Below are positions 63,910 to 64,000 of a DNA stretch of 64,000 nt, piece by piece. Origin of the DNA: Tubulanus polymorphus (Eukaryota > Animalia > Nemertea); the NCBI RefSeq assembly GCF_964204645.1, contig NC_134028.1, positions 23,308,345 to 23,372,344 on the forward strand, in the 5' to 3' direction. Within the stretch, counting starts at the first letter, position 1. The number at the start of each line of letters is the position of its first letter. The notes under the pieces were generated by a model. The model was given only the letters and a program-made list of their open reading frames with translations. It was not told the DNA's origin and made no database searches. The position numbers and the translations under genes were made by a program.

Positions 63910-64000
63910 AGTGTCGGTTTCGAATAGACAATGAAGTTTACTCAACGCAGGATATTTCCCATGTATCTGTTTGCTCATTGTCTAGTCTTGATACTCTCTC

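Overview
Intron-rich invertebrate (metazoan) genomic DNA, not prokaryotic; most ORFs in the supplied track are spurious. Left to right: (1) the first coding exon of a T-type Ca2+ channel (Cav3) on the minus strand, ending at a U12-type ATATCCTTT donor whose intron appears to run off the left edge; (2) a complete 9-coding-exon CCSER-like gene on the minus strand (about 941 aa; MGxCxS N-terminus, coiled coil, TQT motif); (3) head-to-head with it across a CCAAT-rich promoter, a four-unit tandem array of annexin A7-like genes on the plus strand; (4) the 5' end of an FNIP1/2-like gene with two alternative ATG-bearing first exons and a CLEAR/E-box-rich promoter. In the annexin array, unit 1 has a unique His/Lys/poly-Ser N-terminus and an alternative terminal exon that gives a core-less Pro/Gly/Tyr protein. 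Unit 2 is a truncated pseudogene with nested transposons. Unit 3 has a fused exon carrying six 66-bp repeats. Unit 4 is intact but has degenerate Ca2+ sites in repeats I-III. Many MITEs and Penelope-like/hammerhead-like fragments are scattered through the window. Exon coordinates were read by eye from splice signals and frame continuity; family assignments are from recalled motifs, not database searches.
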